A stretch of DNA of 57,344 bases from a virus (lineage: Duplodnaviria > Caudoviricetes), in the IMG/VR virus record IMGVR_UViG_3300018410_000010, positions 1 to 57,344 of that record; one strand, given 5' to 3'. Both the position numbers and the translations under genes were made by a program. The notes beneath the pieces are model-generated. The model was given only the letters and a program-made list of their open reading frames with translations, was not told where the DNA came from and did not search any database. Positions 16,739 to 28,500 of the stretch are shown here, in pieces (position 1 is the stretch's first letter; every line of letters begins with the position of its first letter).

Positions 16739-18057
16739 TTGTTGGTGGTGGTACTGCGGGTTGGATGACCGCATTAGTTCTTTATCAAAAATACGATGTT
16801 ATGATGATTGAATCACCGAGTGTACCTATTATTGGTGTAGGAGAGTCAACTACAGAAACGGTAATGGATGCTTTGCGGCAAGGTGGTGTTGATATTAATG
16901 ATTTTGTTAAGCATACAAATGCTACACCTAAATATGGTGTAAACTTTTCTAATTGGAGCTCTAAAGATTACTTTCATGCATTCGGAGAAAATTTTTTAGA
17001 AAAAATCTTTGGTGTCGCAGAATGTAATGACTTTTTAGCAGACTGCCATAGATCTGGCAAAGATGTTATATCACTAAGTCCATATACTCATATGGCCCAA
17101 AAAGGAATAGATCCAGTTTTTGGAACAGATGAAGAGTTTTGGTGGGACACAGCTTTACATTGGGAAGCTAGTAAAGTTCCAGAATTTTTTAAAAAATTCC
17201 TTGAAAATAAAATTGTACACATTTACGACCATGTTAATGACGTGCAATCAAACGATTTTGGTATTACAAGTGTAAACGGCCATGTCGCAGATTATTATAT
17301 TGATTGTACTGGCGGTAAAAGAATTTTAAGTAATCATTTAGGAATTAAATGGCAATCTTGGAAAGATGTAACTCCATTAGATTCTGCAATTACATTTAGT
17401 ACTGAAGCAAAGCCAAAAACTTACTATACAAACGCGCATGCTATGAATTGTGGATGGGAATGGTCTATTCCATTACAAGATAAAATGAATCATGGATATG
17501 TATATTCATCTAAACATTGCACACGAGAAGAAGCTCTTGCAGAAATTAAAGCAAAAAGAGGTGATGTTGTAATTAATGGCGACGTTCATTTTGAACCAGG
17601 AGTTTTAGAAACTATAGCTACAAAAAACTTATGCTCAATTGGATTGTCTGCTCATTTTATCGAACCTTTAGAGGCTACAAATATTGAACTTACTGTTATT
17701 ATGGCTAAAGAATTTGATAAAGCTATTGAAAATAATAGTATCGATGAATTAGAAACAAGACTGCAGCAAATTGTAGAAGAAATAAAAAGATTTGTTTTAT
17801 TTCATTATTCTATACCTGAAAAACAAGGACAGTTCTGGAAAGATATATATCAACAGTATACACAAGATGATGTCTTAGAGCGTAAGCAAATTTATCCTTG
17901 GCATCCATTTAATTGGTATTCTGTAGCTCAAGGAATAGGATTTAAAAGAGAATTAGATTTTGTGGATATAGAAGTAGATTATTTAACAACTGAATTTGAA
18001 GTACATAGGAAGGTGGCAGAACTTGAAAGAATGGAAAGTAAGACAAGAAGTCTATAG
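16717..18057 (+). CDS. Flavin-dependent tryptophan halogenase family protein (PrnA/RebH-like)
   Basis: GGGTAGW, IGVGEST, K.G..F.NW, IDCTG, WEWSIPL (WxWxIP), FIEPLEAT. Confidence 0.88.
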   Translation: MARKKILIVGGGTAGWMTALVLYQKYDVMMIESPSVPIIGVGESTTETVMDALRQGGVDINDFVKHTNATPKYGVNFSNWSSKDYFHAFGENFLEKIFGVAECNDFLADCHRSGKDVISLSPYTHMAQKGIDPVFGTDEEFWWDTALHWEASKVPEFFKKFLENKIVHIYDHVNDVQSNDFGITSVNGHVADYYIDCTGGKRILSNHLGIKWQSWKDVTPLDSAITFSTEAKPKTYYTNAHAMNCGWEWSIPLQDKMNHGYVYSSKHCTREEALAEIKAKRGDVVINGDVHFEPGVLETIATKNLCSIGLSAHFIEPLEATNIELTVIMAKEFDKAIENNSIDELETRLQQIVEEIKRFVLFHYSIPEKQGQFWKDIYQQYTQDDVLERKQIYPWHPFNWYSVAQGIGFKRELDFVDIEVDYLTTEFEVHRKVAELERMESKTRSL

Positions 18058-18412
18058 AAGATTAAACGAATCTTTAACCGATGATTTAAATAAAGTAGAT
18101 ATTGTTTGGCGCCCAGAAACAATTGTGGAAGACGCTTTGCGTCATTGGGATGAAGAAGTAGATGAATGGATATATCCTGGTAAATCCTATTTTGTTGCTA
18201 TATGTTATGCGTATTGGATATCAGAAGACTTTGAAGAGGACTTTGAAGAAGTTTTAAATGACCCAGATTTGCTTCCAGGCGATCCATATTTTTTACCATA
18301 CAGCCAAGCAGAAGAAGTATATGACGAAATACTTTCAGCAGTGCGTTATATAGAAGACGGCGCTATGGTATCTGAAGTAAGAAATTATTATGATGAAGAG
18401 ATGCAGTTATGA
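18023..18412 (+). CDS. Acidic hypothetical protein of the rSAM cluster
   Basis: ORF track gives 17996-18412; TTG at 18023 follows an AGGAAGGTGG RBS and is the more likely start. Contains WIYPGKSYFVAICYA. Confidence 0.7.
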   Translation: MKEWKVRQEVYRRLNESLTDDLNKVDIVWRPETIVEDALRHWDEEVDEWIYPGKSYFVAICYAYWISEDFEEDFEEVLNDPDLLPGDPYFLPYSQAEEVYDEILSAVRYIEDGAMVSEVRNYYDEEMQL

Positions 18413-18963
18413 TTGAAAGTAAATGGTCAAGTAAAGGCGAAGATACGCATTTTCATAGACCAGATGATTTTAAAGATTTAAAATCTTTGAAAAAAGATAG
18501 ACCTTATTTGTCATTAGAAAATATTGAATTAGTTGGTATTTCAGATACTAGTATTAATATTACATATAATGGAGCGCCGCCTGCAACTATATGCGCTTTT
18601 TTTGGTGTAGATAATCATGTCTTTTGTGATTATTATGCGCTTGAATTGTGTGCAGACGGATCTGAAATTTTAAAAATATATGATCAGGATTTATCTAAAC
18701 ATCCTTTGCCATCGTTACCCGTTGGCGCAAGATTAGATCCCCTTAAATCTGGAATTGGAATATATTATCCAGATGCTCAATTAGCAAAAATATATTTCTT
18801 ACATGACAATCCAGAACTTGTTCATAAGTGGTGGGGATCTAAAAATCCACCAGGACAAATTTCTAGGCTTACTTATTTTGGCGTAGAATTTGATAGAAAA
18901 ACTTTAATTACAACAGATATTTCACAATATTCAATTTATGATAAGGAGGAAGACCTTGGCTAA
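18409..18963 (+). CDS. Hypothetical protein
   Basis: 184 aa, ATGA-coupled to the upstream gene. Confidence 0.7.
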   Translation: MIESKWSSKGEDTHFHRPDDFKDLKSLKKDRPYLSLENIELVGISDTSINITYNGAPPATICAFFGVDNHVFCDYYALELCADGSEILKIYDQDLSKHPLPSLPVGARLDPLKSGIGIYYPDAQLAKIYFLHDNPELVHKWWGSKNPPGQISRLTYFGVEFDRKTLITTDISQYSIYDKEEDLG

Positions 18964-19525
18964 ATCAAACAAAACAATCGCAGTGGTAGGCGCGCATGGT
19001 GTCGGTAAAAACACTATTTGTATTAAACTTTTAGAACGCGAAAAATTTAAAGAGCGTGGTGTGAATGTCACGTATATGCCAGAAACAGTTCGCTCTACTA
19101 TGTTTATGACCGGTGAAATTTTAGAAAAAGAAATAGGCGGTAATTATTATTCTTGTAGCTGGTTGTATCATAGGCATTGGAGTCAAATGCTAGAACATCA
19201 ATATAGTTGTGATGTTTTTATTACTAAAAGACTTCCTCTAGATTATGTTGTATTTAATGAATGCGCATTTAAGCTTGGATTAATTGACAGAATGCTAGAT
19301 CCTCAATATAAAGAATTAGCAGTAATGCAAGCAGCTGATTTTGATGAAGTGTACTTTGTACGCCATAATCCAGAATATGAATTAGTAGAAGATAGTGTAA
19401 GAAAAGGGGCTGCAGCCAGTTCTGAACTACAACCCCTTTGGGATAAACGTTATAAAGAAATTATAGATCACTGGAATATTCCTGTTATTGAAGGAACATG
19501 CGGCGAACTATTAGAGTTATTTTAA
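18938..19525 (+). CDS. P-loop NTPase/kinase (NadR / AAA_28-like)
   Basis: IAVVGAHGVGKNT Walker A, E..R, R.PLDY, DSVR lid-like segment. Confidence 0.75.
   Translation: MIRRKTLAKSNKTIAVVGAHGVGKNTICIKLLEREKFKERGVNVTYMPETVRSTMFMTGEILEKEIGGNYYSCSWLYHRHWSQMLEHQYSCDVFITKRLPLDYVVFNECAFKLGLIDRMLDPQYKELAVMQAADFDEVYFVRHNPEYELVEDSVRKGAAASSELQPLWDKRYKEIIDHWNIPVIEGTCGELLELF
19399..19439 (-). terminator. Intrinsic terminator for the tail-fibre transcript, embedded in the antisense kinase CDS
   Basis: Minus-strand RNA AAAGGGGUUGUAGUU-CAGAACU-GGCUGCAGCCCCUUUUCUU: long stem with four G-U pairs, then a U tract, ~80 nt after the stop at 19522. Confidence 0.7.
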
Positions 19526-22500
19526 ACTTTAACTTCTACTTCTCCGTCTTTAGAATCACATAGAGCAATACCAAGAATTTCATGGCTTCCAATACCAGAA
19601 GTTCCGTATGGTACACCTTTACATTTACCAACGGCTTCTGGATCCGGAATTAGCCACATACCTTTTTTGACTGCGCCATCTTCACCAGATACAAATGCTG
19701 GAATACGACCTTTTAAAGCAATAAATGGATTCAATTTTGATTTTTTAGATTTCATATTCTCGATGCCCATGTCATTCATTTTGACACCAGGATTAGTCGA
19801 GATGATACCAGCTACTGGCAAACCTTCACGCCAAACTGTAATCTCAGAATCACCATCTAAATCGATACCCATTAAAGTACCTGGCTCATAGATTTCATCA
19901 GCAGTATAACGTTCCGCCAAGTCAGCCCAGCGAGCTGATGTTGCAGTACCATGATAAACACCATCATTTGCAACATAAGATTTGTTCGACCCATTTACGC
20001 GGAATTGGCAAATACGGTTAGAGTTGCCGCCGACTTCCATATAGAAACGGTTTGAGTGATATTCAAGCTTACCAACATCGTTACCAACGTTACCAGTCCA
20101 GGTTTCGTCACCGCCCTCTTCAAATCTCCAAGTTGGTGAATATCCGTCTTCCTGGCGATATCGTAATTTCCAAGAGCCGGCTCTATTAAGGAAACCACCC
20201 CATGCTCCAGAACCATACAACCACATACGAATAGTACCATCGTAATTTGACCTCATTCTTATACTGATACTTGAACTGTTGTTATTGCCGGTCACAGCCC
20301 AATACTGGGCTTGCTCTGAATAGAAGTGACAACCAGTTGCTTGGTTATATAAACCCTCATCTTCATTATCATTACGGAACCAGTTACGGGCGTAGAACTC
20401 GTTAGCTCTTACAGAAGTAGCAAAGTTAGAAGCACTAGATGGATCACAGTAGTAACCAGTATTATCTGTATCATAATAGATATTAGCATACATTGCAGCG
20501 TTGTTATTATTATTAACACCAAGCACTGGTATTGTACGCCATGATCTCCAACCAGACCAAGAAGAACGGAATCTCAAGTTCTCAATTGGACCACCAACCA
20601 TCTGCCAACCATAACCAGAAGTATTAGAGTTACGATAGTGGTATGCCTGACAACCAACCCAGTGAGATGTACCTGAAGGCTGGTTGTTTGGGTTTCCCCA
20701 AGAATCAATAAATCCTGAACCCCATGTACCTACGACGTTCATATCCTGGGTGCCCCAGCCCATAGCACCAGTCCAATAGTTTGTATCACCAGTCTGTCTT
20801 GGGCGTGCTCTGTAATACTCACCTGAGTTTCTTGTATGACCTGGCAATGCCATGTAAGCCATTGTACGGTTGTTCACACCTAAGAAACGAGAGCTGTTTG
20901 TGGAAGCCGGATTCATGTAATAACCAGTATCATTTGAGTCATAGAAGATCGGCGCTCTTAACGATGAACCAGCTTGTAGGTTATTGTTAACATAAACGTT
21001 ACTGCCACCAAGTGCATCAGAAGCGTTGTTAATCGACATAACCTGACCAGACATATTATAGTCAGTATAGAAACGCATACCATTGTAAGAAGCGTTTGCA
21101 CCAAACTTAAGACCAGTGTGGAATGCAATCCTTAGATCTGGATACGGATTAGACCAACCACCTCCTTCACGATAGATAGCATATGCTGTAGATCTATCAC
21201 TTGACCAGTAAATACCAAAGCTGTCATTTGAAGAAACTGAGCCGTCGTTTGTAAAGTAGTTTGCGCGTACAAGGTTGAGTCTTGATGTACTGTTAGGATC
21301 TATATAGTAGTTAGTATCATTTGTATCGTACATAATTGGAGCGTAGAAGTTATGATACGAACGTACTTCACTATTAGTACATCTAAGCGCCCAACCGTCA
21401 TCTTGAGATAGAATACCAATCTGGTTGCTGTTATTAGCATAGAATCTACCACGTCTGTTGTTACCAGATGTGTGCATATCAATACTGACTACGTTTGCAG
21501 TAGAGTACGCTCTCCAACGCTCAGTAGAAGTTGCATACCAATGCATCGCGTATGCGGTATTGTATAGACCTCTACCACCAGTATCGTTACGGAACCAACC
21601 ATCGTTATAAATTTCACCACGGTTATCAATCGTATTCATTACAGATGTTGAAGCAAAGTCACCATAATAGTTACCGTCGTTGCTATCTGTAAATCTTTGA
21701 GCGTAATGAGTACCTGTTGTGAATGTATTACCATCACCACGAATCAAGAAGTTTCTATCACCGCTTAGACCACCATCATAGAATGCGATGTCTTCGCCAC
21801 CAGATGTAGCAATCTTTAAGTGAGCATCGTTAGTGTCTGTAGCTTGAATATATCCACGAAGGTTACCATTTGAAGTATATAATCTGAGTTCGTTACCACC
21901 ATTAATACGTAGCTGGTTAATTTGTGATGTACCACCTGGATTCATATAACGAGCTGTGTTATCTTCATCATAGTAAATAGCAGCATACAAATCGTTACCG
22001 CCACCATCTGGGTTAACATCATATAACGCAACGTTGCGATAGTTAGAATACGCAGTTCCTGAGTTCCAAGACTGCTGCCATAGACGCATTCCATGACCAG
22101 ATTTCTTGAACATAAGCAAGTTATCTGATCCACCTGAAGAATCAGTGTATGATCTTAAGTGTAAGTAATCGGCCCAAGGTGATGTGTTATTATTAGCCCA
22201 TGATGTGAAACCAAAACGCAAATAACCAGATGGATCTTCGTTTGGTTCAATAATACGATTATCTCTACGTAGCATCCGTTCAGAGTAACCATTTACACTA
22301 CCCTGAATTACGTTATCAACCTGTAAAGTTAATAGACGTGATGTACCATTACCATCAATACGATATGTTGTATTGTTTGAATCATAGAAGATTGGTGCAC
22401 GGTAAGAACCACGAGCCTCCATATATCCTGATGCTGTTCTTTCTTCCCATGTGCCATTATAATAAATGTATACGCGAGCATTACGCTCCATGTACAATTG

Positions 22501-25500
22501 CCATTCATTATCTGGAGATTTTAAGCCCCAGTGATTATCGTCATCGAAGTAAATACGTCCACAGTTTGTAGAGTTAGAATCACGGAAGATAACCTCGCCG
22601 TGATCAGAGTTATTTGAACGAATACTTAACGTGTCAGCGTCGTCATCGTAAATATCCCAACCTGAGTTAAACTCAATACGACTAAGACTCGATATAACAG
22701 ACATTTGAGATGTGCCTGCCGGATTTGTATAATAATTCGTGTCATCATTATCATACACAATTGGTGTTCTGATTTCATTTCTTGCTTCAACATATCTTGT
22801 GCGAAGACCTGACGCAACAATACCCGCAGAGTTTGTACTATCAGGATCAATTTTATCGCCGTGGAACGTAAACCAAGCGCCCATTTGACGACCAGTCACC
22901 GTATAAGCGCTGTTGGTGTCTGAGTGCTGAATATAGTTATCGTCTCCGCTGCCGTCATTTAAGAATACAATTCTTGGAGTAACAACTTTAGAGGTTGCAA
23001 AAATAGTTCTTGTTGAAATATCTGGGTCACCGCCGTCACTAAAGCTAGTGTTTGTACCCGCACCGACATGTAATTTATTGAATACAGATGTACTCGCTGG
23101 GTCTGCGTAGTAGTTTGCATCATTTGTGTCATAGAAACGCTGAGCTCGCATGTAACGTTCAGCATAAAGATCGCCACTTGTGTTCAGCCACATACGGCGA
23201 GTACCGTTACCAGACCCTGAAGTAAATTGTAGATTACCGCCTGCGTTTGTTTGGTTATCTGGCGATTCATAAATCTGCCATAGATTACCACCTTCCCACT
23301 TAATACCTTCGTTAACGCCAGGATCGTTAAACGTCAAGTTGTTTAGGTTTATAATAGAACCATTATTCCAATTCCAAGAACCTTGAACATTACCGCCAGA
23401 GTTTGGATTCATAAAGCGAGCAGTATTATCGCGATCTCTGAAGTTGCTTGCATCAACTGTACTCAGTTTAGATGTTGATGCTGGATCTAGATAGTAGTTG
23501 ACATCATTTGAATCATAATAGATCGGCGAGTATATAGCCTGATCTGTACGAATACGCTGCTGAACATTTGATCTTGTCAAGATTGGAGCTGTAAATTCTC
23601 TTAATGCACCACCACTGTTGTAGTTCATTAAGATACGAATTCTTACATATCTACAGGCTGCTCCGTCTGAGCCGGAATAAACAGTGTGGGTTGTTGGAAT
23701 AGTTGTAAAGCCCGAATATTTAGTCCAAGAAGTACTCGTTAAATTAGAACCGCCTGCCACAAAATATGTCGTACCTGTGTTACCAGCGATTGGTCTTTTA
23801 TCTTTGTCAAATCTTTCAACACCATAGTAGAACAAGCCGCCTGAACCAGATACATAACGTACCCACATTTCACCGTAAATTTCTTCACCTGGCTCTACTT
23901 CGATATAATCAGAATAGAAAGTACGATAGCCAGATGTTCTTAAAACATATGAACTCGATCCTGGCGCGTTCGTTGATTTAACATATTCTGATGTATTACT
24001 AGTTGCGTTGTCTTCAGCACCTTGCAGAGATTTGATTGCTCGTTTTTCCCAATATAAGTTACCATCGAATAGTTTCTGTTCTGATGTACCAGCACCATAA
24101 GATTTTAATAGTGGGAATGGTTCGTTACCAGTACCAATGTTAAAGCTCTCGGCAGTCATCTCACCTTCAAGGTTAGCGTTACCGTCTTCTTTAACCCAAA
24201 ACTTATCGCCAATACCATTAAAGTGTAAGATAAATGCTGAAATACCGTCTTTATTATCGTGAGCAAGCCAAGGATAGTTAGCATCGGCCCCGCTATAACG
24301 CATACCGATTAAGTATCTGCTATTATGCCAAATGCCGAGAGGATACGTTGTCGATCCAGTTAAGTTACCCTGATTACCAAGCTCAAGAGTTTTAAGCTTA
24401 GAACGATCTGCAAAATTACCAAAGTAGGTTGTATCGTTGTAATCATAGAATATAGGTGAACGCATACTATTTGGTGCATAACCATAACCATTTTCAGCAC
24501 CAATCTGATGCACACCGTTTGCATACAAGCGAGTAAAGTTATTATCTTGAGCGTATAGCGACCATTCATTACGTGTATCATTATAGAGACCCATATTGCT
24601 AGAGCCATTAGCCATGAATACCCAATCATCATAGATTGCATATCCACCCCAGCCACCTTTTTGGCCTTGAACTCTAATTGAGCCATAGTCACCACTTGGC
24701 GAGTCAATAATATATGTAGAGCCGTCAACTTGGAATTGATTTGCTCTTACGACATTCATAATAGAAGTAGATGCAAAATCACCGTAATAACTAGTATTAT
24801 TTGAGTCGTAGAATCTTGGCGCTCTAAAGTCACCACGAGCTTCTACGTGGCCGCCACTTCTAGGACCACGCATTGCCCAGTTGCCGTTGACACTGTTGTC
24901 GTGTCCAATCAATCCCCATGTGCCGTTTGATAGGCCGTTTAGAGTTACGGGCTGTCCGCTGGCAGATGTTACACTAGCAGAACCACCCATGTATGCAAGA
25001 GACATGCCATAGCGATCCATTGAAGCAGTAGTCGAGTTATGTTCTGCAAAGAAGATACGAGCAGACCCTTCACCGTCTGTACCTGTATTACCTTCGATAG
25101 ATAACCAACGACCTTTAGTATTTGTACCGTTGCCCGGATTACCAAAAGTAATTCCGTTCATTCTTGAGAATACTGCTGGGTTCGTATAGTAGAAAGTATC
25201 GTTACTATCGTAGTAAGCAGGCGCATAAACGTTTTGAGCAAAGTCTGCCGAGTTGCCATCGAGGTTCATTACCTCATTACCAGCAACAAATGCTTTTATA
25301 ATGTTATTGCCTGGGAATCCAAGGTACGTATTCGTATTACCTCTATGACGGATATAGTCATCGATATCAACTGTGTTCAACTGCGAGTCTGCGCCTGGAT
25401 CTAAGTAATAGCTCGTGCTGTCGCTGTCATAATAGCGAGGTGCATATACATTTACACTAAAGTCAGCAGAATCTGTATCGATGCTGAGCTTGTTTGTTCC

Positions 25501-28500
25501 ATTTGTATTTACAACGTATGTATCGTTTGCACTGAAACCAAAGTATGTATTGTTATCTGCGTTATGTCGAATATAATCATCGATATCAATACGATTCATA
25601 GTTGACGTGCCAGCAGGATCAACATAATATGAATCATTACCTGAATCATAGAAGCGAGCTGCGTACATATCGCCGGTTGTATAGATGTTTTTGTTTCCAC
25701 GAACTTTAACGGTATTAACGTCGTCCATGTAGAAACCACCACCTGCAGAGAATCCTAGTTCATTTACTGCAAGGAATGTTGCTTCATTAATAGTTGTATT
25801 ACCAGTATCATTAGCATAAATGCTTAATGCATCTGATTTTCCGTTTAATGCTACACCACCATTAACGTGGAATTTATTAGCTGCCAAACTCGCAAGGTAA
25901 TTTGGCGACCCATCAGAAGTTGCTCTTGTTACAGAGTCTCCATTTGCAATTACATCACCTGAATTTAGAATTGCGAATTTGCCAGATGCACCACTATCAT
26001 ACCAGATATAGTCTCCGCCATTATCGTTTACAAGATAAATGTTACCGGATGCGTCTGTACGAATTGATAAATCTGGAGTTCCATCATCACCAAGTCTCAT
26101 AATAATGTTACCAGTGCTGAATGGGTTATTACCTACTGCTGTTGGTTTGTTTATATCAAAGAATACGCCAGGAGCTCCGCCAATACCAACTTGACCACCT
26201 GAATCTACTTCTAATCTTTTAACGTTAGCAGTCCAAATCCCAAAGTTGTCAACCGCGTCAAAACCAAACTTAGTGTCTAAATCGCCGTTATGAGTGATAA
26301 AGTCATCAATACCGATTGCAACATAGAATTCTGCGTTTGTATTGTTAATTAAAAGTCTTTCAGTGCCACCAGTGTAAACACTAAATGTGTCTGCGTTGTC
26401 AAAGCCAATATAAGTATCTGTGTCACCGTTATGAACTAAATAATCATTTGTATAAAAACGTGGTGCAAAAACATTTTGCGCAAAATCTGCAGAATCATTA
26501 TCGAGATTTAATCTACGAACTCCGTTTGTAAATACTCTGAATGTGTCATTTGCTTCAAAACCAAAATAAGTATTTTCGTCGCCACGATGTCTGATGTAAT
26601 CATCAATATCAATACGGCTCATTACAGAAGTAGAAGCAAAATCACCATAATAATTAGTGTTGTTTTGATCTACAAATTTTGGAGATCTCATCTCGTTATT
26701 TGCAAGAACGTAGGTGTTGGTTGCTTGTAATCTTGTAGAGCCGCCTGTTACAATTTGGAATTGATCTGCTGCTGGGAAGTTAATATAAGTATCAGTATCT
26801 CCATTATGACGTATTGATCCTTCAATATCAATAGTATTCATTACAGAAGTTCCAGCAAAATCACCATAGTAAGAAGCGTTATCTAAATCGTAGAAAATTG
26901 GAGCTCTAAATGAACCAGGCGCAGAAGCATATGTTGTTGTAACTTGTAATTCAACATTACCACCAGCTGAAAAATCTAATCTGTCGGTAGTTCCACGGAA
27001 CATACCAGTATTTGGATCGCTCTTAAACGAGTAAGTTGGAAGAGCGGCTGTTCCATTACCACCTTGAGATTGACCAGCAAAATAAAGTGATGTACCAGTA
27101 TTTCCAAAGTCAGCATAGTGAGTTACGTCATTTGAATCCCAGTATTTTGCAGCATATATATCACCTGTAAAAATACCACCTGCGCCTTCAATACTGTTAG
27201 TACCAAGATTAATATTTTTATTGAAGTTAAACTTATGCGGATATGTACCCGAAGAAATAATCTCAAAGTTTACTGAATGATTTGTAGCGCTACCAGTTTC
27301 ATCTTGGTAGTAACGAATATAGCCTTGGTTACCTGTAACATGAAAATTAAATCTTTCATTGGCATTTTTACCAACATTTATTTCACCGGTGCTGGCGCCA
27401 CTAAATACATCTAAATCAGGTGCTGTTACGAGATGTGTAAACGCTGATGAAGCAGGTGTTATTGTAAGACGAGTGCCAGTGTCTGCGTTAAATCTAATAA
27501 GATTCGTATCAAATTGTATTTTAGTATCTGTATCGCCATTATGGAATAAATCTGAATCAATTCCTAATGTATTAAATACAGAAGCATCGCCTGGATGAGC
27601 AAAATAACCAGTTGCATCTTTATCGATAAATCTTTCTGCAAGAATATCATTTCTTACTTCAATATCATTATCTGTTTTAACTTTAATGCCAAAATTAAAT
27701 GTGCTATCTAAGAAACCAATTTCACCATTTAATGCAGCAATCGATTCAATTCCACCAGCGGCATCTAATTTGATAGTAGCTGTGCCATTTCCGTCACCTA
27801 CAGTAAGGTCTCCTTCTACCGTGAGGTTACCTGTTGTAGTGTCGTCTGTGTCACTGCGAAGGAACTGTGAGGCTTCTAGGCCATCTACAGTGTCCGCATC
27901 AAATAAATTACCTGAACCTTCGTCTGCAGTTGTAATGATACGACCTAGATCTGTACCCGCTGAGATTAGTTTAAACCAATCGTTTGTTTCATCCCATTGT
28001 AGAGATGATGTTGCTAAATCACCACGAAGAACTTCCCAACCAGCATTTTCTGTTGGTGTACCTGATGTAAAATTGCTGTTGAGAGTGAGAAGGTTGTCAG
28101 CAATTAAAACAGTTTCTGATTCGACAGTGGTTGTTGTACCTTGAACTGTAAGATTACCAGTGATGATATAGTTACCAGACATGGTATCATCTTGGTCAGA
28201 ACGAACGAATTGAAGTGAGTCTAATCCGTCGATTAAGTCAGCATCAAGACCTGAGCCTGCGCCATCATTACCAGCATTCCAGAATACATTACCATTATAA
28301 CTTGGTTCTCTTTTAAAGTCAATACCCGCCGAATTAAACTGTAAATCTACCGAGCCATTGTACATAATTTCGACGCCGGCGGTATTGTCATAAAAACGAA
28401 TACCATTATCCTGGCCAGGATTAGTAATTTCGTAATCGCCGGGTGTAAAATTAATAATGTCTAAGCTTTGAGAATCGCCTTCGAAACGAGATACAATAGC

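Noticed and set aside
6978-19525. Island as an autonomous mobile element
   Set aside because: No integrase, transposase, homing endonuclease or terminal repeats found; it uses the phage's own late promoter motif.
27359-28144. Antisense ORFs of 79 and 152 aa opposite the long fibre gene
   Set aside because: Typical antisense shadows of a biased coding strand; no RBS, promoter or protein-like motifs.
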